A stretch of DNA of 64,000 bases from the IMG/VR virus record IMGVR_UViG_3300045988_088815, positions 58,691 through 122,690 of that record; one strand, 5' to 3'. The notes under the pieces were generated by a model. The model did no database searches. It saw nothing but the letters and a program-made list of their open reading frames with translations, and was not told where the DNA came from. Below, piece by piece: positions 24,151 to 34,706 of the stretch. This DNA is from a virus. A program made the translations under genes and the position numbers. How positions within the stretch are numbered: the stretch's first letter is position 1; the number at the start of each line of letters is the position of its first letter.

Positions 24151-24208
24151 AATATAACAAAAATGTTACCATGAAATTTGGCTATATAACAAAAAAGTTA
24201 TATCTTTG
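24151..24208 (+). promoter_or_regulatory. hicAB promoter with two TAAC-N6-GTTA palindromes
   Basis: ATATAACAAAAATGTTA and ATATAACAAAAAAGTTA 33 bp apart; -7 box TATCTTTG at 24201-24208. Confidence 0.5.
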
Positions 24209-24241
24209 CAATGTCTTAAGGACAAAAGAGTTCTTGTAACA

Positions 24242-24424
24242 ATGAAGAAAAGCGAATTGATTAAGAGACTGAGAGAAGCGGGATGCTTCCTGTCTCGACA
24301 AGGTTCGGGACATGAAAAATGGACTAATCCTAAAACGGGAAAGTCTCAATTCGTGCCAAGACACGCTAGAGAGGTCGCCACAGGCACCGCTCATAGTATT
24401 CTAAGAGAATTGGTTGGGGAGTAA
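24242..24424 (+). CDS. hicA: HicA-family mRNA interferase toxin
   Basis: MKKSELIKRLREAGCFLSRQGSGHEKWTNPKTGKSQFVPRH; internal ATG of track ORF 24206-24424. Confidence 0.85.
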   Translation: MKKSELIKRLREAGCFLSRQGSGHEKWTNPKTGKSQFVPRHAREVATGTAHSILRELVGE

Positions 24425-24493
24425 TCCCCACCTTTCTCTCTTCATTGCTTAAAGGACTCTTTTTTTTTGTTAAGAAGATAAACGAATATATAT

Positions 24494-24892
24494 ATGAAGA
24501 AGATTAAAGTTATTGTAGAACAAGCCAAGGATGGGTCTTTTTGGTGTCATACCGAAGATGGAATAGGTAAGGTTGGCTTAAACTCTTGTGGAGAAACTGT
24601 TGCCGCTGCGAAGCAAGATTTAATGGATTGTTTGGCGTTGGCAAAAGTGGATGCAAAAGAGAATGGAGAAGTGTTTCCTGACGTTGAATTTGAATACAAG
24701 TATGACTTGCAATCTTTCTTTAATTATTTCTCTTTCCTCAATGTGTCAGAGATTGCAAAACGAGCAGGTGTCAATCCTTCATTGATGCGTCAATATAGTA
24801 AAGGCATAAAGCAAGCTGGCGAGAAAACTTATGAACGTTTGGCGCATTGTATGAATGAAATAAAAAAAGATTTGGTAGCCGCTACCTTTTAG
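24494..24892 (+). CDS. hicB: HicB-family antitoxin with C-terminal HTH
   Basis: IVEQAKDGSFWCHTEDG N-terminal domain; SEIAKRAGVNPSLMRQYSKG HTH; adjacent to hicA. Confidence 0.7.
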   Translation: MKKIKVIVEQAKDGSFWCHTEDGIGKVGLNSCGETVAAAKQDLMDCLALAKVDAKENGEVFPDVEFEYKYDLQSFFNYFSFLNVSEIAKRAGVNPSLMRQYSKGIKQAGEKTYERLAHCMNEIKKDLVAATF

Positions 24893-24930
24893 GCGTGTGG
24901 CTTCATTGTTGCAATAGATAAAGAACTCAG

Positions 24931-24964
24931 AGCCTTCTGCATGTGAATGTGGAAGGCTTTTTTG
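24931..24964 (+). terminator. intrinsic terminator
   Basis: AGCCTTC..GAAGGCT followed by a T-run. Confidence 0.65.
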
Positions 24965-25070
24965 TGTCTAGACCTTATTTTCTGCACTTAAATCTTTAGT
25001 GAAATAGCACACCTTTATTCTTTCGTTATTCCTTTGATTATTAGCTAATTTTGCCAATAAAACATAAAAT

Positions 25071-28000
25071 ATGGCAGAATTAAGATTCGATGTCAAAGCG
25101 AATTTCGAGGAGGTTACGAAACTTCGTTCCGAGTGTGAAAAGTTGAGGGCTGAGTTATTGAAGACCAATAAGTCTACCGACCCAGCTATTGTTGCGGATT
25201 TGACGGAAAAATATGCGGATGCTAGCAATCGCTTAAAGGACTTGACACAAGCTGCTTCAAGAGCCGCTTACGTGATGTCTTCCGAGTTTAATAAGAAGAT
25301 GCAAGCAGCCGCAAGGGAAGTTTATAGCTATGAACTTCAAATGCAAGCTACCAAAGACCGAATAGAGAAAATCCAACAGCAAATCACGAACAAGAGATTA
25401 ACTCTTGGAGTTACAACGGATAAGTCATCCATAGATTCTTTACAGAAGAATATTGACTATTTAAAAGGCTCTTTGGCAGGTCAAACAGCTCAGTTGAAGA
25501 ACTTAGAAGGGGGTGCTGTCGGTGCTCGTCAGACCTTGGAGAATATGCGGAATGAGTATGTTTTGTATGCAGGTTCAGCAAATCCGGCAAAAGAGGCAAC
25601 AAATATGTTGACCGATAGCATGAGCCAAATGATAGAACGTATGAAGTCAGCTCCGACTGCTGGAGAAGGAATGACTAGTTTGTTCCAAAGAGTTACTGGC
25701 GATGCTCACATGCTTTCGGCAACATTACTTGGTGGCTTAGGATTTGAACAACTGGCAGGTAGTATCTTTAATACTCGTTCCCAATTCCAGCAACTTGAAA
25801 TATCTTTCAATACCATGCTTGGTAGTGCGGATAAGTCTAAGCAATTGATGGACGAACTTATCCAAACGGCAGCTCATACACCTTTCGATATGTCCAGCAT
25901 TACGGGTGGCGCAAAACAACTTTTGGCATACGGAACGGAAGCGAAAGATGTTAACAAAACCCTTGTCCAGCTTGGTGACATTGCTTCGGGCTTGAACATT
26001 CCGCTTGGAGAACTTGTTTATCTTTATGGAACGACCGTTTCGCAAGGAAGAATGTTCACAATGGATTTGCGTCAGTTCATGGGTAGAGGTGTCCCATTAG
26101 CAGAAGAATTGGGTAAAATCTTACACCAAAACACAACGGAGGTTCAAGAGTCTGTTTCCAAGGGTAAAGTGACATCAGACATCTTCAAGGAAGCTATCGC
26201 CAACATGACGCAAGCAGGTGGACGCTTCGGAGGCTTGATGGAGCAACAATCAAAGACATTGGAGGGTCAGTGGAGTAACATTGGCGATTCCATCCAGCAA
26301 GCGTTCAACGAAATCGGCAAAAAATCCGAGGGCGTGTTCTCTAGTGGATTGTCAATTATTTCTGCTATGGTAGAGAATTGGCAAGAGGTAATAAAAGTTA
26401 TTGGTGTAGCTACAATAGCTGTTGGTTCTTATCGTGCATCGTTAATGGCGGCTGCTTCTATTCGCAAAGCTGAGGAAGCGCAACAAGCCGATGATATGAT
26501 GAAGGGAATTGATGCAGAAATCAAGCGTTTGCAAGACCTAGAGAACTCAAACTACAAGTCGCTGGGTAAGGACAAAAAGCAAGAGCGAGTAAGCAAACAA
26601 CAAGACTTGGCAAGTATTGTTGGAGATACTGCTGTGTCCGATGACTTTGTAAAGGCAAGGTTAGATGCAGCCGAGCAAGAGGGCGTTATTTCGGCACAAA
26701 TGCGTTCCCAACTAGAGACGAAACGTGAACTTTTACAGGCTCAGCAACAAGCAACAGCACAAAGCCAGATAGAACTTGATGAAGAAAAAAGAAAGACCGA
26801 GGAACTTCGTCAACAAAAAATAGAGTCTCTTAAAGATGATTTGAAGACTACTACGGAGAAAATATCAAATCTTGATGATAGGGATGTAGAGTTGGCTAGA
26901 CAATATACATCAGCTTTGAATGATTTACAAGATGCCCAAGATGCCTTTGCTGAGGCTCAAAAATTGGTTGAGGAAACTGCTGGTGGCGCAAACTTGGCTT
27001 TTGATGCAGAGGGTAATGCCGTGAATGCGCTAGAAGCAAAAGAACGTTTGGAAACGGCAACAAAACAAGTGAATGCTGCTCAAACAAAGATTTCGACCAT
27101 TGAAAGCGAACGTAAGACGATTGCTCAAACAAAGGAGAATTTAAGTAAGCAACAGGCTACGATACAAAATAATATTAACACTGTTTCTCAAGCTTCCAAT
27201 ACCACTGCAAAGAAAGCTGGGATATTGGCGACAACAACAGCCACTATCAAAAATGCGCTTTATGCAGCAGGTACAAAATATACGACTACGGTAGTTAATC
27301 TTTTTTCTAGTGCGGTAAGAAGTAGTGGAAATGCCTTGAAGAGTTTATGGGCGGCAATGGCTGCTAATCCGATAGGTGCATTGATAACACTGGGAACAAC
27401 TTTGTATTCCGTATTTTCTATGTTTGGAGACGAGACTGAAGAAATTTCGGCAGATACAACACATTTTGGGGAAACAACAAGTTTGACCAGTAAAAAGGTT
27501 GAGACATTGATGAATGTGTTGAGAAATACGAATGAAAGTACTGATGCACATAAAAAAGCAAAAGATGAACTTATTGGGGTATATGAACAATATGGAATAA
27601 AATGCGACAATGAAAAGGATAATTTGGAAACGTTGAAAAATAAGCATGACGCTTTTATTGCTTCTTTACAATTAGAAAATGCTGAACGAGAAAAAGCTAA
27701 CGCTTTGATGTCTATATCTTCTCAATATGAGGAAGCAAGGAAAAACCTAGATAAGGATTTTTCTGATTCACTAGGTGGTAGTTGGCTTGATTTCGGACAA
27801 CATATTGATAAAGAAGACATATCAGCTGTACAGATGATGTTTAATTCACTTGTTTCTGATGATGCGTTGACTAAGATAGACTCTTTAAGGCAGAAAATGG
27901 ATTCCGCAAAGAAAGGAACATTGGAATATGCTAATGCCGCACAAGAATACGATGCTGCTCTTCGCAACCTGTTAGTTCCTTTTGAGGAATGGGGTAAGAA

Positions 28001-31000
28001 GATGGGGTACAATAGTTTCGTGATGGCAAGTTTGCGAAGTTCGATATTAAAGCATATAGATAGTATAAACTCTTTGAATGAAAGTTACAAAAAGGCAGAG
28101 GACGCAATATATAAAGGAAGCACAGCGACTGTTGATTGGAATAACTCCCAAGCAAAGGCTCGTTGGATAGTAAACAAGAACAAGCAATCAATCCAAGAAT
28201 TGGTAGAGCAAACTGATAATCTTATCAATTTATGGAATAAAGAATATGGGTTGAATTTAAAAATTCATTATGATGATTCGGAAATTCCAAATTGGATGAA
28301 ATCTATGACAACGAAGGAGTTGCGAAATTTAATTTCAAGGAGAGAGGCGGATATTTTACAACAGGAAAATCACGAAAAGAAAACTGGGCATAAGTTGGTA
28401 ACACGTTCAGGAGGTAAGTTTAGGTCAAGAACGGAAAACCAAACGGATGTCGCAATGGCGAAATCTATAATTCAATCACGTATACCAAAGAGTAGTACAA
28501 CAACAAAATCAAATACAGCCCATACTACTCCAAAGAAAACAGGTACAACGGATGACCCACAAGCAAGAGCGTATGAACGCAAGAAGGCTGAGGAGGACTA
28601 TTCCAAGTCTATTTCATCCTATTCGGAGAAAGCTATCCAAGATATGACCAAGAATCGCATCAATGCGATGAATGAGGGTTATAGCAAGGAATTGGCTCAG
28701 ATTACCGAGAATGCCGACAAGGAGAAAAAAGCGGTAGAAGATGGTATAGACAAATTGGTTGAGGCTAGGAAAAAGCGTGACCAAGCTGTTTGGGTTAATT
28801 CCGGCAAGGGTCGTAAGGCTAATATGTGGAAACAGAGCAAAACCAATGAAGAGTACAAGAATGAGGTTTTGAATGAAACCATGAAGGATAGCAAGGGTAA
28901 TCCGGTTAAGGTCAATGGTATGAATATGACCATAGGCATGAGTGTTGCTAATCAGATGAATGCAATTCGCGATAAGGCGGTAAAGCAGAATGAGGATGTG
29001 CTTGCTAAAGAAGCGCAAAGCATGTACGATTATCTGAAGACTTATGGCACATTCCAGGAGCAGAAGTTAGCTATTGCTGCCGATTATGCTAAGAGGATTA
29101 GCGAGGTTGAAAACTCTACGGATTCGGACTCAAGCAAGCAATGGAAGATAAAGTCTTTGAAAGAAGAGCAGAAGAAAGAGACGGATTCGGTTGAGGCTAG
29201 TGCTATTATGCAGAAGATAGACTGGTATCAAGTCTTCGGAAATGTTGGTGGCATTATGAAAGATGCGCTTGTTCCTTTATTGGCAGATCTGGATAAGTTC
29301 GTAGGTACGGATAAGTTCCAAAATTTGGGTGCAGACCAGCAGAAGAGTATCGTTGATGCTATGCAGAATATCCGTAATTCGATTGGCAATACAAGTGATT
29401 TAGGTTGGAAAGACCTTGCAAGGGATGTTGTTGCTTATCAGGATGCTCTGAAGAATGCGAAAATTGCACAAGAGGAATACACGAAAACGGAAACTTTGCT
29501 TATACCTCGTATTAAGGTTTTGCAAGAACAGATTGAGAGTGCGAAAAAGTCGGGCAATGTTGCAGAGCAAACAAGGCTACAAGAAGAATTGAATAAAGTT
29601 CAAGGTCAGTTAGCGGAGTCCGGAAAGAAGATTGTTACGGCTAACACAAAAGTTCGTACTAGTGGTCAGAAGTTGGCTCAAACGACACAGAATGTGACAC
29701 AACCGATTTCCGCTATCCATGAGTTCCTTTCTACTTCTGGACTATCCGATTTGGCATCTCTTTGGGATAGTTTTGACCAACTTAAAGGTGGAATTGACGG
29801 ATTGAAAGCTTTAAAGGAGGCTAAAAATGCGGCTGACGGACTGAAGGATATGGGTAAGGAAGCCGCAGATGCAGCCGCAGCCGCTGGCAAGAAAGCTGGC
29901 GATGCGCTAAGTGAAGGATTGTCAAAAGCCGGACTTATAGGCCAAATTGTTGCTGCCATTTTGAAGATACTTGATGTTTTGAAGGATGGTATCGGAACAT
30001 TGATTAGCAGCTTGATTGATACAGTTCTGAATGCGGTCAATGGTATATTGAAGAACATTCTAAGTGGTGAGTTTATCACACAGATAGGAGGGTCTTTGGT
30101 AAGCGGTATCGGTAATATTCTCAATACAATCTCGTTTGGTGGCTTCAATAGTTTGTTTGGAGTAGGTGGAAACGCAAAAGAAGTAAACCGGACTATAGAC
30201 AAATTGACGGCTAGGAATGAAATCTTGACGGATGCAATAGACAGATTACGTGACTCTATAGACAAGACTAGTGGTATCAAAGCCGTAGAAGACTCAGAAA
30301 AAGCTGAAAAACTTCAAAAGGAAAAAGAGCAAAACCTAAAGGACATCATGGTGGCACAAATGGGTTATCATGGCTCTCATGGAAGTTTTAACCGTTATTT
30401 CCGAGGATTTTCGCAAGAGCAAATCAATAAGGTGTCTGAAGCGATAGGTAGACAATGGAATGGAAACCTAAGCGACATACGGTCTGCTGATGAAGCTAAT
30501 GCGTTGTTGCAAAATCCTGATATTGTTAACAAGATTCAGAACACTGGTAAGGGAAATTATGGAGGAAGAGTCCTCGAAAAGTTGAAAGATTATGCGGCTG
30601 AGGCAGGAACATTAGAGGATATTGCTGATGACCTAGCAGAAAGCTTGACGCAAATATCTTTTGATAGTTTGAAGAGCGAGTTCATAGATACTTTGATGGA
30701 TATGAATTCCTCTGCTCAGGACTTCTCTGATAATTTCTCCAAGATGCTTATGCAAGCCGTTCTGAAAGCTAAGGTAGATGATTTGTTGGGTAATGATATG
30801 CAAGCATTCTATGATGAGTGGACGGAGCGAGCTAAGGCAAATGGTGGCAAATTGTCTCAGACGGATATTAATGAATTGAAGGGAAGGTACGATGAAATGG
30901 TTCAAGAAGGACTGAAGATTAGAGATGAAGTAGCCGAAATAACTGGTTACAAGCAATCTTACGAGCAGTCTGCGTCTTCCGGTTCTTTTGAATCCATGAG

Positions 31001-31334
31001 CCAAGATACAGGAGAAGAGTTGAATGGTCGTTTTACAGCGGTGCAGATCGCCACAGAGGGAACGTATGAGGAAGCAAAGCTCATAAATACCAAGTTGGAT
31101 GCTATTGCGGCTCGTGATGGTGGCGCAGAGGGTAGCTTACTAACAGCTAGCGTGAATACTATTATGGGTAATGTAGGCAATATTTGGTTAGCCGTTGATG
31201 AGGGAAGAACTATTCTTGCCCAAAGTCTGATGTACTTGCAGTCGATTGATGAGCGACAAGAGCGATGGCATAAGCCTATGTTGCAAGCATTCAATGATAT
31301 ACACGAATTGAAAGATAAAATGAGTAGATTGTAA
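25071..31334 (+). CDS. tail tape measure protein (2087 aa)
   Basis: TMP core ..FNTMLGSADKSKQLMDELIQTAAHTPFDMSSITGGAKQLLAYG..LGDIASGL..DLRQFMGRGVPLAEELG; long coiled coils; Gly-rich hydrophobic segment. Confidence 0.85.
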   Translation: MAELRFDVKANFEEVTKLRSECEKLRAELLKTNKSTDPAIVADLTEKYADASNRLKDLTQAASRAAYVMSSEFNKKMQAAAREVYSYELQMQATKDRIEKIQQQITNKRLTLGVTTDKSSIDSLQKNIDYLKGSLAGQTAQLKNLEGGAVGARQTLENMRNEYVLYAGSANPAKEATNMLTDSMSQMIERMKSAPTAGEGMTSLFQRVTGDAHMLSATLLGGLGFEQLAGSIFNTRSQFQQLEISFNTMLGSADKSKQLMDELIQTAAHTPFDMSSITGGAKQLLAYGTEAKDVNKTLVQLGDIASGLNIPLGELVYLYGTTVSQGRMFTMDLRQFMGRGVPLAEELGKILHQNTTEVQESVSKGKVTSDIFKEAIANMTQAGGRFGGLMEQQSKTLEGQWSNIGDSIQQAFNEIGKKSEGVFSSGLSIISAMVENWQEVIKVIGVATIAVGSYRASLMAAASIRKAEEAQQADDMMKGIDAEIKRLQDLENSNYKSLGKDKKQERVSKQQDLASIVGDTAVSDDFVKARLDAAEQEGVISAQMRSQLETKRELLQAQQQATAQSQIELDEEKRKTEELRQQKIESLKDDLKTTTEKISNLDDRDVELARQYTSALNDLQDAQDAFAEAQKLVEETAGGANLAFDAEGNAVNALEAKERLETATKQVNAAQTKISTIESERKTIAQTKENLSKQQATIQNNINTVSQASNTTAKKAGILATTTATIKNALYAAGTKYTTTVVNLFSSAVRSSGNALKSLWAAMAANPIGALITLGTTLYSVFSMFGDETEEISADTTHFGETTSLTSKKVETLMNVLRNTNESTDAHKKAKDELIGVYEQYGIKCDNEKDNLETLKNKHDAFIASLQLENAEREKANALMSISSQYEEARKNLDKDFSDSLGGSWLDFGQHIDKEDISAVQMMFNSLVSDDALTKIDSLRQKMDSAKKGTLEYANAAQEYDAALRNLLVPFEEWGKKMGYNSFVMASLRSSILKHIDSINSLNESYKKAEDAIYKGSTATVDWNNSQAKARWIVNKNKQSIQELVEQTDNLINLWNKEYGLNLKIHYDDSEIPNWMKSMTTKELRNLISRREADILQQENHEKKTGHKLVTRSGGKFRSRTENQTDVAMAKSIIQSRIPKSSTTTKSNTAHTTPKKTGTTDDPQARAYERKKAEEDYSKSISSYSEKAIQDMTKNRINAMNEGYSKELAQITENADKEKKAVEDGIDKLVEARKKRDQAVWVNSGKGRKANMWKQSKTNEEYKNEVLNETMKDSKGNPVKVNGMNMTIGMSVANQMNAIRDKAVKQNEDVLAKEAQSMYDYLKTYGTFQEQKLAIAADYAKRISEVENSTDSDSSKQWKIKSLKEEQKKETDSVEASAIMQKIDWYQVFGNVGGIMKDALVPLLADLDKFVGTDKFQNLGADQQKSIVDAMQNIRNSIGNTSDLGWKDLARDVVAYQDALKNAKIAQEEYTKTETLLIPRIKVLQEQIESAKKSGNVAEQTRLQEELNKVQGQLAESGKKIVTANTKVRTSGQKLAQTTQNVTQPISAIHEFLSTSGLSDLASLWDSFDQLKGGIDGLKALKEAKNAADGLKDMGKEAADAAAAAGKKAGDALSEGLSKAGLIGQIVAAILKILDVLKDGIGTLISSLIDTVLNAVNGILKNILSGEFITQIGGSLVSGIGNILNTISFGGFNSLFGVGGNAKEVNRTIDKLTARNEILTDAIDRLRDSIDKTSGIKAVEDSEKAEKLQKEKEQNLKDIMVAQMGYHGSHGSFNRYFRGFSQEQINKVSEAIGRQWNGNLSDIRSADEANALLQNPDIVNKIQNTGKGNYGGRVLEKLKDYAAEAGTLEDIADDLAESLTQISFDSLKSEFIDTLMDMNSSAQDFSDNFSKMLMQAVLKAKVDDLLGNDMQAFYDEWTERAKANGGKLSQTDINELKGRYDEMVQEGLKIRDEVAEITGYKQSYEQSASSGSFESMSQDTGEELNGRFTAVQIATEGTYEEAKLINTKLDAIAARDGGAEGSLLTASVNTIMGNVGNIWLAVDEGRTILAQSLMYLQSIDERQERWHKPMLQAFNDIHELKDKMSRL

Positions 31335-31358
31335 ACTTAATATGTGCCATGTTAAAGT

Positions 31359-31395
31359 AAGAGGGGAATGCGTGATGCACTCTCCTCTTTTTTTT
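31359..31395 (+). terminator. intrinsic terminator
   Basis: AAGAGGGGA..TCTCCTCTT followed by T8. Confidence 0.6.
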
Positions 31396-31478
31396 ATGGA
31401 GAAAGTTTTTGTTTTTCACAATATAGATAAGTGTTGTTAAACTGAGTGCTAATTTTTGGTAGAGTGGAATATAATAGT

Positions 31479-31486
31479 TATCTTTG
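31479..31486 (+). promoter_or_regulatory. -7 box TATCTTTG
   Basis: 27 nt upstream of the thyX ATG. Confidence 0.5.
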
Positions 31487-31512
31487 TAGTCGATTTCAAA
31501 ACTTATAAGGAC

Positions 31513-32409
31513 ATGAAGATATTAGAACCAAAATATGAAATCCTATCCCAAGGAGAGGGTATGGATGGAGTTTACAAGCAGATAGAGCTGTGTGGTCGCA
31601 CATGTTATGCGTCAAGTATGAAGATAGACAAAGACAGCGCAAAGCCTTTCGTTGAGCGTATGGTAAGCAGCAATCATCTTGCCATGTGTGAGCATGGAAC
31701 GATTTACCTCCATGTAGCCTATGAAGAAGGATTTTTTGTACCGGAGTCTTTATTGGTCAAGCACTATCGTGAGAACAAATATTCAAAGGTGATGCAGATT
31801 GGCAGTGACTACTATATCACAACCAACTACAGAGTGATAGTTGAAAATAACTGGTTTGAGGATTTGGACTATATTTGCGAGCCTACGGAATGGCATGAGA
31901 AGCGAATAACAGTCCGCTTTACTACTCAGATTGCGGTAAGTAGAGAGGCTAACAGACATCGTGTAGATTCCGTAGCGGAACAAAGCACTAGATATTGCAA
32001 CTATAGTAAAGATAAGTTCGGAGGCGAGATTGCTATCAACAAACCAAAGTGGGTTAGCGATGATGATGCGGTTAATCCATTGTCTTTTGATGGTGGAACA
32101 TTTGTTGACCTATCAAAGAACATCGGTAGTTATGAACATTGGAGTCCGGTAGAAAAATGGTGGTTTGCTAATAGAGTATGCGAAATGATGTATTTGTCTT
32201 TGGTCAAGGATGATGGTCTTAAGCCACAGGATGCGAGAACAATACTTCCTCTTGATACCAACACGGAGTTGATTCATACCGCATTTGTGAGCGATTGGAA
32301 GCATTTCTTCGAGCTGAGAAGCCTTGGTACGACCGGAAAGCCTCATCCAGATATTGAGGTCTTGGCAACACCATTGATGAATGAGTTCAAGGAACGAGGT
32401 TTGATTTAA
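31513..32409 (+). CDS. thyX: flavin-dependent thymidylate synthase ThyX-like
   Basis: ThyX signature SREANRHRVDSVAEQSTRY (RHR..S....S.RY); ATG at 31513 downstream of the promoter. Confidence 0.8.
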   Translation: MKILEPKYEILSQGEGMDGVYKQIELCGRTCYASSMKIDKDSAKPFVERMVSSNHLAMCEHGTIYLHVAYEEGFFVPESLLVKHYRENKYSKVMQIGSDYYITTNYRVIVENNWFEDLDYICEPTEWHEKRITVRFTTQIAVSREANRHRVDSVAEQSTRYCNYSKDKFGGEIAINKPKWVSDDDAVNPLSFDGGTFVDLSKNIGSYEHWSPVEKWWFANRVCEMMYLSLVKDDGLKPQDARTILPLDTNTELIHTAFVSDWKHFFELRSLGTTGKPHPDIEVLATPLMNEFKERGLI

Positions 32410-32415
32410 ACGTTT

Positions 32416-32886
32416 ATGAAGAAGAAAGCCAAGCAAATAGCCAAGGTGATGAGCAATGATTCTTTGGAGGTTGTTGCTCATATGATTGCTGATGAGGCAA
32501 AAGGTGTGCGCTACGAGGTGTATGCCGATGGTTCTAGTAAGAAAGAAAAGTGTGGTTGTGGCTGGCTTGTGCTTCATAAGGGAGTTATTATCAAAAGTGG
32601 GAAATATACTTTTATCACAGCTAAAGTGAACGATTCGGTGAGAGCCGAAATAAGGGCGGTTATTCATGCATTGGGTGATTGCCCTATTTCATGTTCTGTT
32701 GATGTATATGTGGATTGCCAAGTAGCTATAGAGAGAATACAGGCATGCAAGTTAGGAGATTTGCAACCTATATATAATAAGGTAGCGAAAGACAAGACGA
32801 TAAGATACCATTGGGTAAAGGCTCATAGAGGTAATATGTATAACGAAATGGTGGATTCTTTGGCTTTTTCCGCTACAGAAAGTTAA
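32416..32886 (+). CDS. RNase H (RNase HI-like)
   Basis: YADGSS, AEIRAVIHAL, VDCQVAI, HWVKAHRGNMYNEMVDSLA. Confidence 0.75.
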   Translation: MKKKAKQIAKVMSNDSLEVVAHMIADEAKGVRYEVYADGSSKKEKCGCGWLVLHKGVIIKSGKYTFITAKVNDSVRAEIRAVIHALGDCPISCSVDVYVDCQVAIERIQACKLGDLQPIYNKVAKDKTIRYHWVKAHRGNMYNEMVDSLAFSATES

Positions 32887-32927
32887 TTTTGAGTCTAAGC
32901 GTATAATAAGCGTTAAAAGATAAAAGA

Positions 32928-33042
32928 AATACATTAAATAATTTGCACATTTCAAATATTCTTTGTATCTTTGCATTGTAATTAAGAAACAAGGTTACTA
33001 ATTTTAAAAAGGTGAGACACACCTTAAAAACTGTGATTCGTT
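32928..33042 (+). repeat. promoter-leader repeat, copy 2
   Basis: TTTG 32942, TATCTTTG 32966-32973, GGTGAGACACACC 33011-33023, AAAAACTG 33026-33033. Confidence 0.8.
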
Positions 33043-33264
33043 ATGAATACTAGATTGAGTAAGAAAGAAACAATGGTTTATGGCAATATCGAAGTGATGG
33101 CTGATGTAATTGGGGGTAACAAGTACTTTACATTTGCTGAGTTGTATGATTTCGATTTGGATAATACCAAGGATGAGTTGAAAGAAATCTTAAACTCTTT
33201 GACAGAGAAAGGCTACTTGAAGAGTTTTCACGATTTCTACGAAACTTATCGAGTTTTAAAGTAA
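33043..33264 (+). CDS. hypothetical phage protein
   Basis: ORF track. Confidence 0.55.
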   Translation: MNTRLSKKETMVYGNIEVMADVIGGNKYFTFAELYDFDLDNTKDELKEILNSLTEKGYLKSFHDFYETYRVLK

Positions 33265-33340
33265 GAACGATAAAGGGGATATAAATCCCCTTACAATATA
33301 AATTTAGAGCGTGAGACACACGTAAAACTGTATTGAAACA

Positions 33341-33424
33341 ATGAAAAAGGTATTCACAATTGAGAATGCATTAGCATTTTTGTTTGCTCTTGAAATAGTA
33401 TCATTAATATTTTTTCTAGGATAG
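33341..33424 (+). CDS. possible 27-aa hydrophobic peptide
   Basis: manual ORF preceded by the leader motif CGTGAGACACACG..AAAACTG (33310-33330). Confidence 0.25.
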   Translation: MKKVFTIENALAFLFALEIVSLIFFLG

Positions 33425-33429
33425 GGCTT

Positions 33430-33648
33430 ATGCAGATTAAGTTTGGTAAGATAAAGTTTACTGCGGCTAAGTCCGAAAAAGGATGCCGCTTTGATGCTTG
33501 CTACAAAGGGGAGCATGTGGCTTTTGAGAGTGAAGACATGTCTTTGTATGATGATGTTTTTTCTGATAATAACAGAAGAGCAAAGGCTGCAAAGAGGGTG
33601 GTTTACGAGAACATTAAACACAAGTATTATGAGACCCATAGAGATTAG
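33430..33648 (+). CDS. hypothetical phage protein
   Basis: ORF track. Confidence 0.5.
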   Translation: MQIKFGKIKFTAAKSEKGCRFDACYKGEHVAFESEDMSLYDDVFSDNNRRAKAAKRVVYENIKHKYYETHRD

Positions 33649-34099
33649 CGATTTCAACGCTGCCGATGAATTTGTAGTTGAGGCAATGATGCAAGATGGC
33701 AAATTCAAGGTTATCGGCAAGGTTATTATTGATAATAATCTTCTGAATGATGATGATTTGGAAACCATCTGGGATTATGCCAACTGGGAGACGAATGGCT
33801 ATGAAAAGATGGTTGTCTCTAATGGAGTGTACAAAGGCTTGAAAGCGTTTAGTGATGGTCGAATGTTCTATGTAATTACGGATGATGAGGTCGGAGTGGT
33901 AAACGACAATATCATGGTACGTAAGCATTATGATGTCAACAATGGCTATTATATAAAGTCATCAAGGTTACACAAGGAGCAATCCAAGGATTTGTGGTGC
34001 TTTGGCAGCTGCGAGACCATAACTAACGAATATAAGTCAAACATTTTACATGAAGTACTTTGTGGCAAAGATGAACCATATAAAGCCTACCTTCCTTGA
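33629..34099 (+). CDS. hypothetical phage protein
   Basis: internal ATG of track ORF 33491-34099. Confidence 0.5.
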   Translation: MRPIEISDFNAADEFVVEAMMQDGKFKVIGKVIIDNNLLNDDDLETIWDYANWETNGYEKMVVSNGVYKGLKAFSDGRMFYVITDDEVGVVNDNIMVRKHYDVNNGYYIKSSRLHKEQSKDLWCFGSCETITNEYKSNILHEVLCGKDEPYKAYLP

Positions 34100-34313
34100 A
34101 GGCGGTGAAGTCTGGCATGATATTGATAAGTTCCCGATGCTAGACCATACTATTTTAGTTGAGTTGCAGGTAAAAGGCTCTGACGGATTGATTTACCGGA
34201 CGCAAGATGTATGTGTTGAACGTGCAGATAGATTTGAGCCTACGATGTCTTTTGTCCCTAAGCGTTGGGCGTATGCAATAGATTTAGCTCAATGCAAGAA
34301 AGTGGAAGGATAA
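34050..34313 (+). CDS. hypothetical phage protein
   Basis: ORF track; start uncertain (alternative ATG at 34071). Confidence 0.45.
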   Translation: MKYFVAKMNHIKPTFLEGGEVWHDIDKFPMLDHTILVELQVKGSDGLIYRTQDVCVERADRFEPTMSFVPKRWAYAIDLAQCKKVEG

Positions 34314-34340
34314 AATAAAATACAAATTAAAAATAAGCAT

Positions 34341-34691
34341 ATGGAAGAATCGAGAGGTGTTTACACATTACCAGTCTTGTATAATGAGCAAAGTGGTACA
34401 AACGAAGGTGTATGTGTAAGAAAAGAACTTGGAGTAGTTGTTGCAATCGACAATGAAGATGAGTTTAAAGGTGTTTTTTCAAAGGATGGTGAGGTTGATG
34501 TATTCAAGCAGTTACTATCACAAGAAGTGTATCGTTACTATACAGAGCACAACGCATTCCCTACTGGGCCTTTGGTTTCTTACAAGATGGATGGCGACAT
34601 CATCTTTGATTACGTTGAAGTAACTATTGGAAAAATGTATGGCGGTTATGTTTATGTTGTTCATTACAACTTTGCAAGCACCGCATCATGA
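34341..34691 (+). CDS. hypothetical phage protein
   Basis: ORF track. Confidence 0.55.
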   Translation: MEESRGVYTLPVLYNEQSGTNEGVCVRKELGVVVAIDNEDEFKGVFSKDGEVDVFKQLLSQEVYRYYTEHNAFPTGPLVSYKMDGDIIFDYVEVTIGKMYGGYVYVVHYNFASTAS

Positions 34692-34706
34692 TAAACAAGA
34701 TTGATT

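Noticed and set aside
25411-31294. Numerous 60-200-aa minus-strand and alternative-frame ORFs inside the tape measure gene (for example 29678-30280, 28614-29018, 30633-31004)
   Set aside because: They lie entirely within a 2087-aa ORF that carries clear tape-measure motifs. They have low-complexity, antisense-type composition and lack promoter or start context.
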